Source: an uncultured Acidimicrobiaceae bacterium
GTDB lineage: Bacteria > Actinomycetota > Acidimicrobiia > Spongiisociales > UBA5794
Reading direction: 5' to 3'
Length of the DNA stretch: 61,288 nucleotides
Assembly: GCA_964632475.1 (NCBI GenBank)
Contig: CAZWDQ010000003.1
Coordinates: 1 to 61,288, forward strand
In this document: positions 54,177-61,288 of the stretch, one piece after another
How the letters are laid out: each line of letters begins with the position of its first letter
How positions within the stretch are numbered: the stretch's first letter is position 1
The notes under the pieces: generated by a model
The model's input: the letters and a program-made list of their open reading frames with translations, nothing else
The model's database searches: none
What the model was told of the DNA's origin: nothing
Position numbers and translations under genes: made by a program

Positions 54177-55817
54177 CTACTGCTGTTGTTCAAGCATGTC
54201 GAGTTCCCTCAGGTAGTCGACGAGGCGGGCTTGGGTATCGCCGACGGGGCCATCGGTCGGGAGCTCTTTGAACAGGTGGGCGACGTTGGCAGGCGGGGAT
54301 TCGAACTCGTTGCGTTGGCGTTCCATGAGTTCGATCCGTCCGTCGGAACGGGTGTCGTACACCTGCCGGGCTTCAAGCCGCTGGCGCTGCGCGTCGGGTT
54401 CGCACACGGTCTCGACGAAGCGCACGTCGGCACCGTGCTCGCGGGCCATGTCGACGACGACTTGACGTTGGTCGGCCGTCTTGAACGCACCGTCGATGGC
54501 GACAGGAAGACCCGCATCGAGGAGGTCACCGGCCCGACGACACGATTCGCCGTAGGTTCGTTCGTTCATCTCGGCTGAGTAGAGGCCGGTTCCGTACGGC
54601 ACCCAGACCCGGGTCGCCTCGCCGACACCGGAGATCTGCTTGCGGACCTCATCGGTCGAGATGATGTGCCACCCGTACACCTCACGCAGATACCGCGACA
54701 GGGAACTCTTCCCCGTCCCCATGAGGCCGTAGAAGACGACGACCGGCGGCCGGGAATCGCCCCCCGCATACCGGTAGGCCAAACCGAACGATCGACGGGC
54801 TGCGTTGCGGTTCCGACGCTTGGCGGCCGCGTCAAGGCCAGGATCCTCAGACGTGAAGGCTGCGACCTTCGCCCGCACGTAGGCCCGATACGTCTTGTAG
54901 AAGTCCATGAGTGAGTGAAGGTCGTCGTCGCCTGAGGCCTCGACGAAGCGGTCGACGAAGTGCCGCGACAGGTCGGGCCGTGATCGGGCGTCGAGGTCCA
55001 TGGCGAGGAAACCGATGTCCATGGCCACGTCGCCGCACGACAGCCGGTCGTTGAACTCGATGCAGTCGAACACGATCGGCGGATCGCAGAAGAAGATGTT
55101 GTCGAGGTGGAGATCCCCGTGACACTCACGGATCCGTCCTTCGCCGATGCGACGCTCGAACAGCTCCTCGTGCTCGACAAAGAACCGATTCGTCCAGTCT
55201 TGAATGTGCTCGAAACGTTCCCTCGAGATCAGCTTCCCGATGTAGCTGTCGGTCTGGGCGAAGTTCTCATCGGTGTTGAACTTGACCGCCTCGACCTCAC
55301 CGAACGCGTCGACATCGGGGCCACGACGGGCGTCGCGGTAGAACGGCACAAGGATCTCGACGAGGACATCCAACTTGTCGGTGGTCAACTCGCCGCGTTC
55401 GAGGACGCCGACACCGAGATCGTCGTCTTCGAGCTGTCGCATCGCGACCGCCCAGTCCACGATCTCGCCCTCGCCGCCGATGAACAGACGCTCGCCGTCG
55501 AATCGCACCGGCTCGACCCCGAGATAGACGTCGGGTGCGAGCCGGCTGTTGAGCTCGACCTCCCGGCGGCAGTTCCGTTCACGAAGCTCGAGGGTCGAGA
55601 AATTGAGGAACCCGAAATCGACCGGCTTCTTGATCTTGTACGCCCGCTCGCCGGTCAACAAGATCGACGAGATGTGGGTCTGGATGTGAGTGATCTCGTC
55701 GACGGAGTGCGGATAGGCCCCCGGATCGAGGAGCCCCTCGATCATCGTTGCGTGATCCAAGGGCACCGCCTCCGCCCCTTCCTCGTCTACTGGATCCGAA
55801 ACGTTGGGATCGGTCAC
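54177..55817 (-). CDS. bifunctional APH-like phosphotransferase / P-loop (AAA_33) kinase protein
   Basis: N-terminal kinase loop HGDLHLDNIFF with D..D (GDVAMDIGF). C-terminal Walker A GLMGTGKSS. Confidence 0.85.
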   Translation of the reverse strand: MTDPNVSDPVDEEGAEAVPLDHATMIEGLLDPGAYPHSVDEITHIQTHISSILLTGERAYKIKKPVDFGFLNFSTLELRERNCRREVELNSRLAPDVYLGVEPVRFDGERLFIGGEGEIVDWAVAMRQLEDDDLGVGVLERGELTTDKLDVLVEILVPFYRDARRGPDVDAFGEVEAVKFNTDENFAQTDSYIGKLISRERFEHIQDWTNRFFVEHEELFERRIGEGRIRECHGDLHLDNIFFCDPPIVFDCIEFNDRLSCGDVAMDIGFLAMDLDARSRPDLSRHFVDRFVEASGDDDLHSLMDFYKTYRAYVRAKVAAFTSEDPGLDAAAKRRNRNAARRSFGLAYRYAGGDSRPPVVVFYGLMGTGKSSLSRYLREVYGWHIISTDEVRKQISGVGEATRVWVPYGTGLYSAEMNERTYGESCRRAGDLLDAGLPVAIDGAFKTADQRQVVVDMAREHGADVRFVETVCEPDAQRQRLEARQVYDTRSDGRIELMERQRNEFESPPANVAHLFKELPTDGPVGDTQARLVDYLRELDMLEQQQ

Positions 55818-55827
55818 GGTTCGCCTC

Positions 55828-56772
55828 TCAGATGCTCAGCTTCGCGAGCACCGCGTTGACCGCCCTCGAGCTCGCCAACACGAAGAAATGCACCGACGGA
55901 GTACCGGCGTCGAGAAGGTCCCGGACCTGCTCAACCGCCCACGCGACACCGATGTCCCGAGCATGGGCGGGCGTCGACTCGATCTCATAGGCCAACGCCT
56001 CCGGGATCTCGCAATGGAATGTTCGAGGGATGCTCGTCAACTGACCGGCATTCGTGAGAACCCGCAACCCGGGGATGATGGGCACGTCGATGCCCTGATC
56101 CCGGCACTCGTCGACGAACGAGAAGTAGTACCTGTTGTCGAAGAACATCTGAGTCACGATGTACTCGGCGCCGGCGTCCACCTTCTGCTTCACACGGCTC
56201 ACGTCCGCCTTCAGGTTCGGAGCCTCGAAGTGCTTCTCCGGGTAACCGGCGGCGCCGATGCAGAACTCCGCCGGGTGGGTGTTCTCCAGATCCTCAAGGA
56301 ACCGGCCCTGGTTCATATCGGCAATCTGAGCAATGAGATCACTCGCGTGATCGTTGTGGGTTCGCCCCTCACCGACCGGCCTCTGACGCCTCGCCGGATC
56401 ACCCCGTACCGCCAGCACGTTGTCGATACCGAGGTAATGCAACTCGATCAGGAAGTCCTCGGTCTCTTCCCGTGTGAAACCGTCACACAGGACGTGGGGA
56501 ACAGCGTCGATGTTGAGCTTGTTCTGGATCAGAGCAGCGATACCGAGCGTACCCGGCCGCTTCCTCGTCACCCGGCGACGAAGCCCATCGGGCGTGTCGT
56601 CGTAGATGGTCTCGGCAGAGTGGCTCGTGATGTCGATGAACGTCGGACGATGCTCGGCGAGGTCCTCGATCAGGCCGAGCAGGCTCGCCAGATCACCGCC
56701 ACGCTTAGGCGGTATCATCTCGAAACTCACGAGCGGCCCCGTCGCACTGGCAAAATGTTCCGTGACCTTCAT
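55828..56772 (-). CDS. metF: methylenetetrahydrofolate reductase
   Basis: Motifs SFEMIPPKRG, NVLAVRGDP and GAAGYPEKH. Confidence 0.88.
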   Translation of the reverse strand: MKVTEHFASATGPLVSFEMIPPKRGGDLASLLGLIEDLAEHRPTFIDITSHSAETIYDDTPDGLRRRVTRKRPGTLGIAALIQNKLNIDAVPHVLCDGFTREETEDFLIELHYLGIDNVLAVRGDPARRQRPVGEGRTHNDHASDLIAQIADMNQGRFLEDLENTHPAEFCIGAAGYPEKHFEAPNLKADVSRVKQKVDAGAEYIVTQMFFDNRYYFSFVDECRDQGIDVPIIPGLRVLTNAGQLTSIPRTFHCEIPEALAYEIESTPAHARDIGVAWAVEQVRDLLDAGTPSVHFFVLASSRAVNAVLAKLSI

Positions 56773-56888
56773 CGACGATGACCCTTCGACTCTCTGCGCG
56801 GCGGCGGGTGTTTACCATACGCAGGTCCCGTCCATTCAGTGTGATGGATGAGGATCAACGTCGAACATCAAGCCGTACGAAGGATCCC

Positions 56889-58079
56889 ATGCCGACGCGT
56901 CGCCGCCGCTTCACCTCTGAATCCGTCTCAATGGGCCACCCCGACAAGGTCGCCGACCGGATCAGCGACTCCGTGCTCGACTACGCCCTCAGCTTCGACC
57001 CCCACGCACGCGTGGCGTGCGAGACGTTCATCACCGGTGGACTCCTCGTCATCGGCGGCGAGATCCGAGCCCACGACCTCCCCTCGGATCTCAACGAGCA
57101 GATCGAACAGAGCGCTCGCGACACCATCCGCCGTATCGGCTACACAGGTCCCGGGACCGGGTTCGACCCCGACGGCGCCGAAGTCCGGATCGTCATGCAG
57201 GAGCAGTCACTCGACATCGCCCGGGGCGTCGACAACGGTGAATCGCTCGGCGCCGGCGACCAAGGCCTCATGTTCGGATACGCCACGAACGAGACAGAAG
57301 AGCTCATGCCGCTGCCGATCGTCCTCTCCCACCGCCTTGTCGCTCGACAGGCCGCAGTGCGTGAGGCAGCCATCATCGAGGGCCTCCGCCCCGATGCGAA
57401 AGCGCAGATCACGGTCACGTGGGACGACGGGGGACCGAAGCAGGTCGAGTCGGTGCTGCTGTCGACACAGCACCATCCCATGTGGAACGATCGCCAAGGC
57501 GACCTACGCGAACTCGTCGTGGAGCACGTAATCAGACCTGCGATGGGCAATTGGTGGAATGACAACGTCACGGTGCTCTTCAACCCCACCGGCCGATTCG
57601 AGGTCGGTGGCCCCGAAGGCGACACCGGGCTCACCGGACGCAAGATCATCGTCGACACCTACGGCGGATGGGCCCGCCACGGCGGGGGTGCCTTCTCCGG
57701 CAAGGACGCCTCCAAGGTCGACCGATCTGCGTCGTACATGGCCCGGTACGCAGCGAAGAACGTCGTCGCCGCCGGTCTTGCCGAAGAGTGCGAACTCCGC
57801 CTCTCCTATGCAATCGGTGTCGCCGAACCGACCGCCGTCTCGATCGACTGCTACGGCACCGAACACGTCGACGAGGCAGAGATCGAGGACGCCATCATCG
57901 GCGTGTTCGACCTGACACCGGGCGGAATCATCGACCAGCTCGATCTCGCCCATCCGATCTACGAGCCGACCGCCTATCACGGACACTTCGGACGCCTCCC
58001 CGACGAAGCCGGACCGGGCACGTTCACCTGGGAACACACCGACCAGATCGATGCCCTGAGGTCGGCGCTGGGCGCCTAG
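56889..58079 (+). CDS. metK: S-adenosylmethionine synthetase
   Basis: ORF trimmed to the ATG at 56889. Motifs FTSESVSMGHPDKVADRISD, GAGDQGLMFGYA and GGGAFSGKD. Confidence 0.93.
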   Translation: MPTRRRRFTSESVSMGHPDKVADRISDSVLDYALSFDPHARVACETFITGGLLVIGGEIRAHDLPSDLNEQIEQSARDTIRRIGYTGPGTGFDPDGAEVRIVMQEQSLDIARGVDNGESLGAGDQGLMFGYATNETEELMPLPIVLSHRLVARQAAVREAAIIEGLRPDAKAQITVTWDDGGPKQVESVLLSTQHHPMWNDRQGDLRELVVEHVIRPAMGNWWNDNVTVLFNPTGRFEVGGPEGDTGLTGRKIIVDTYGGWARHGGGAFSGKDASKVDRSASYMARYAAKNVVAAGLAEECELRLSYAIGVAEPTAVSIDCYGTEHVDEAEIEDAIIGVFDLTPGGIIDQLDLAHPIYEPTAYHGHFGRLPDEAGPGTFTWEHTDQIDALRSALGA

Positions 58080-58092
58080 GCTTCCCTCCAAG

Positions 58093-61000
58093 ATGACCGC
58101 ATACCTCGAACGCGTCCACAGCGGTCTCGTCGTTTTCGATGGTGGAACCGGCACGGCATTCCAGGACGCAGATCTCACCGTCGACGACTTCGGTGGCCCG
58201 GCGTTCGAGGGTTGCATGGAGATTCTCAACGTCACCCGCCCCGACGTCGTCGAGTCGCTCCACCGGTCCTTCTTCGACGTCGGCGTCGACGTGGTCGAGA
58301 CGAACACGTTCGGTGGTTTCGCCGTTCCGTTGGGTGAGTACGAGATCGAGGATCGCGCCTACGAGCTGTCGGCAGCCGGGGCGGCGATCGCTCGCGGGGT
58401 CGCCGATTCGTACGCTGATCGTGACGGTCGTCGGCGGTTCGTTGCGGGTTCGGTGGGTCCGGGCACGAGGTTCGCCACGCTCGGTCAGATCACGTATCGG
58501 GAGCTGCGCGATGCGTACGAGGTCCAGACTGCGGGTCTGATCGACGGAGGGATCGATCTCGTCGTCATTGAGACACAGTTCGACCTCCTCGGGGCGAAGG
58601 CCGCGATGAACGGCGCCCGCAGAGCGATGGGACACGCGGGCGTCGACTTGCCGCTGCAGGTGCAGGTCACGATCGAGTTGACGGGCCGGATGCTGGCAGG
58701 AACCGAGATCGGCGCTGCGCTCACGACCCTCGACGCCATGCGGGCCGATGTCATCGGTCTCAATTGTGCGACCGGACCGGAGGAGATGTACGAGCCGCTG
58801 CGGTACCTGTCAGAGCGTTCCCGTGCGCCGGTCTCTGTTATCCCCAATGCTGGCTTGCCCGAAATTGTGGACGGTGAGGTGAGGTACGACCTGTCGGCGG
58901 GCGAGTTCGCCGCCCATATGAGCCGCTTCGTGTCGGAGTTCGGTGTCGGGGTGATCGGCGGGTGCTGCGGCACAACGCCGGGACACGTCGCAGCTGCTAT
59001 CGAGGCCTGCCGGCCGCTGCCTGTCCCTCCTCGCTCCCCCATCCACGAACCGTCGGTTGCCTCGATCTACGCCACGACGCCGATCGAGCAGGACACGTCG
59101 TTCCTGATCATCGGGGAGCGCACCAATGCGAACGGGTCTCGTGCGTTCCGCGACGCGATGCTCGCCGACGATCTCGATCGATGTGTCGCCATCGGCGAAG
59201 ACCAGGTTCGCGAGTCGGCGCATCTCGTCGACCTCTGTGTCGACTACGTCGGACGCGACGGCACTGCCGATATGGATGTGCTGGCCCGACGGTTCGCTAC
59301 CGAGATCACGGTTCCGATCGTGCTCGACTCGACAGAGCCGGAAGTGATGGAAGCCGGACTCGAACGGCTCGGCGGCCGGTCGGTGCTCAACTCTGCGAAT
59401 CTTGAGAGCGGCGACGCTGCCGATTCCCGGGTCGATCTCGTGTTCCGTCTCGCCCGGGAGCACGGAGCGGCGGTCATCTGTCTCCTCATCGACGAGGAGG
59501 GCCAAGCCCGCGATGCCGACTGGAAGCTGCGCGTTGCTCATCGTCTCCACGATCTCGCCGTCGATCGCTACGGCCTCGAACCGGGCGATCTGATCTTCGA
59601 TCCGCTCACGTTCCCGTTGAGCACCGGAGACGACTCGCTGCGTGGCGACGCGATGGAGACCATCGCAGCCATCAGGCGCATCAAGGCCGAGCTCCCCGGC
59701 GTGGCGACCGTGCTCGGCATTTCGAACGTGTCGTTCGGCCTCCACGCTCCTGCCCGCAGAGCGCTCAACTCGGTGTTCCTTCACGAGTGCCTCGAGGCGG
59801 GCCTCGACGCCGCCATCATGCATGCCGGCCGGATCGAGCCGCTCCACCTCATCAACGACGATCGGCGGCGGATCTGCCTGGATCTGATCTACGACCGTCG
59901 TGCCGCCGGTTACGACCCGCTCGAGGCGCTCATCGACGTGTTCGCCGACGTGGCCACGAGTGTTGCCGTCGTGGACGATCGACGGGGATGGTCGATCGAG
60001 CAGCGGCTGGAGCAGCGCATCATCGACGGCGAGAGGACCGGGCTGGTCGACGACCTCCAGGAAGCGTTGGACGCGGGGATGGCGCCGCTCGGGATCGTCA
60101 ACGATGTGCTGCTCTCCGGGATGAGGACCGTCGGGACCTTGTTCGCCTCCGGCGACATGCAGCTTCCGTTCGTCCTACGATCCGCGGAGACGATGAAGGC
60201 GGCCGTGTCGTTCCTCGAGCCGCACATGGAGCACTCGGACTCCGTCCACCGTGGCTCGATCGTCCTCGCCACCGTCGCGGGCGACGTCCACGACATCGGG
60301 AAGAACCTCGTCGACATCATCCTGTCGAACAACGGATTCGAGGTCCACAATCTCGGTATCAAGGTCGGGATCGCCGAGCTAGTCGAGGCATACGAGGCAA
60401 CCGAGGCCGACGCCATCGGCATGAGTGGGCTGTTGGTGAAGAGCACGATCATCATGCGCGACAACCTCGACGAGCTCACCCGCCGGGGCCTCGGCGACGC
60501 ACCGGTCCTCCTCGGTGGCGCTGCCCTCACTCGCTCCTACGTGGAAGGCGATCTGAGGGACCGATACCCCGGGCCGGTGTTCTACGGCAAGGATGCGTTC
60601 GCAGGTCTCGACGCGATGCAGCGGATCGTCGACGGCTCCGCGCCGCCCGAGCCGAAGCCCCGCCTCTCTCGAGCCGAGACCGGGACCGGCGAGGTTGATA
60701 GTCCCGTTCCCGCCCGGGCACCGTCCGTCACCACCGACAACCGGATCTACCAGCCACCGTTCCTCGGCAGCCGCGTCGTCAAGGGCACCCCCATTGATGA
60801 GATCGCCGCATACATCAACGAGACGGCCCTCTACCGCAACCAGTGGCAGTTCCGACCCGAGACCGGCGAGACCGACGACGCATTCAAGGTGCGTCTTGGC
60901 GCCCTGCTGCGTGAGCAGCTCGCTGCGGCCCGCTCCGCTGACCTGCTCATCCCACAGGTCGTCTACGGGTACTACCCGGCGAACGGCGACGACGACGAAC

Positions 61001-61288
61001 TCGTCATCTGGACCGACGAAACCCGCAGCCAGGAACGCACACGCTTCGCGTTCCCGCGCCAGCGTCACGAGCCGTGGCTGTGTATCGCCGACTTCTTCCG
61101 CCCCGTCGCCGGTCCGGACGTGGACTACGCCGCGTTCCACATCGTCACCATGGGGAACCGCGTGTCGCAGCATGCATCCGAGCTGTTCGCAGCCGACGCG
61201 TACCACGACTACCTGCTCTTGCACGGGCTCGGCGTCGAGATGACAGAAGCCCTCGCCGAGTACTGGCACCATCGCGTACGCGACGAGT
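58093..61288 (+). CDS. metH: cobalamin-dependent methionine synthase (3' end truncated by the window)
   Basis: Open frame from the ATG at 58093 to the window edge. It is absent from the ORF track because there is no stop. Hcy-binding N-terminus (VVFDGGTGT..VETNTFG), B12 motif GDVHDIGKN (about nt 60280), and reactivation-domain EALAEYWHHRV at the end. Confidence 0.93.
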   Translation, partial: MTAYLERVHSGLVVFDGGTGTAFQDADLTVDDFGGPAFEGCMEILNVTRPDVVESLHRSFFDVGVDVVETNTFGGFAVPLGEYEIEDRAYELSAAGAAIARGVADSYADRDGRRRFVAGSVGPGTRFATLGQITYRELRDAYEVQTAGLIDGGIDLVVIETQFDLLGAKAAMNGARRAMGHAGVDLPLQVQVTIELTGRMLAGTEIGAALTTLDAMRADVIGLNCATGPEEMYEPLRYLSERSRAPVSVIPNAGLPEIVDGEVRYDLSAGEFAAHMSRFVSEFGVGVIGGCCGTTPGHVAAAIEACRPLPVPPRSPIHEPSVASIYATTPIEQDTSFLIIGERTNANGSRAFRDAMLADDLDRCVAIGEDQVRESAHLVDLCVDYVGRDGTADMDVLARRFATEITVPIVLDSTEPEVMEAGLERLGGRSVLNSANLESGDAADSRVDLVFRLAREHGAAVICLLIDEEGQARDADWKLRVAHRLHDLAVDRYGLEPGDLIFDPLTFPLSTGDDSLRGDAMETIAAIRRIKAELPGVATVLGISNVSFGLHAPARRALNSVFLHECLEAGLDAAIMHAGRIEPLHLINDDRRRICLDLIYDRRAAGYDPLEALIDVFADVATSVAVVDDRRGWSIEQRLEQRIIDGERTGLVDDLQEALDAGMAPLGIVNDVLLSGMRTVGTLFASGDMQLPFVLRSAETMKAAVSFLEPHMEHSDSVHRGSIVLATVAGDVHDIGKNLVDIILSNNGFEVHNLGIKVGIAELVEAYEATEADAIGMSGLLVKSTIIMRDNLDELTRRGLGDAPVLLGGAALTRSYVEGDLRDRYPGPVFYGKDAFAGLDAMQRIVDGSAPPEPKPRLSRAETGTGEVDSPVPARAPSVTTDNRIYQPPFLGSRVVKGTPIDEIAAYINETALYRNQWQFRPETGETDDAFKVRLGALLREQLAAARSADLLIPQVVYGYYPANGDDDELVIWTDETRSQERTRFAFPRQRHEPWLCIADFFRPVAGPDVDYAAFHIVTMGNRVSQHASELFAADAYHDYLLLHGLGVEMTEALAEYWHHRVRDE

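Noticed and set aside
56773-56888. SAM riboswitch upstream of metK.
   Set aside because: No SAM-I, SAM-II or SAM-IV core sequences are recognisable by eye. This needs cmscan, so I do not report it as a feature.

Overview
This is a 61.3-kb high-GC chromosomal segment that is almost certainly actinobacterial. Supporting signs are a WhiB-family regulator, a SARP/BTAD regulator, FxsA, a nested aspartokinase beta-subunit start, many ATGA/TGATG/GTGA-coupled gene junctions and GC-rich hairpin terminators. About 60 genes are densely packed and most encode core metabolism:
- Leu/Val dehydrogenase plus a fused 2-oxoacid dehydrogenase E1 alpha-beta
- divergent glcDEF and lutABC 2-hydroxyacid oxidation operons
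- hydantoinase/oxoprolinase hyuAB
- moaA next to a pterin cluster (SDR-folB-folKE fusion)
- type II glutamine synthetase
- a RidA-ALDH7-like operon
- Fe-S carriers (Nfu_N, IscA/ErpA-like, Mrp/ApbC)
- selA-selB
- tRNA-Pro(CGG)
- asd-ask
- epimerase-thiolase-glpX
- a methyl-cycle locus (metF divergent from metK-metH; metH is truncated by the window end)

No transposase, integrase, CRISPR array or rRNA is visible.

The most unusual locus is at the left end (123-5860). It encodes a 1203-aa protein that combines a SARP winged helix, BTAD, an nSTAND-type P-loop ATPase, one transmembrane helix and an extracytoplasmic BMP/PnrA-like binding domain. Two paralogous exported proteins bracket this gene. 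A 765-bp gene-free gap follows, and it carries a tRNA-Phe 3'-half that may be an att scar.

Other items worth a second look:
- AGCT-phased heptanucleotide tandem arrays at convergent gene ends
- a 45-nt AT-rich palindrome behind glnII
- a bacterial homolog of the eukaryotic tRNA-queuosine mannosyltransferase (DUF3524) in a metF operon
- a folP-less pterin cluster
- selAB without selC/selD or a visible selenoprotein gene

All family assignments rest on motif recognition by eye. No database search was run.
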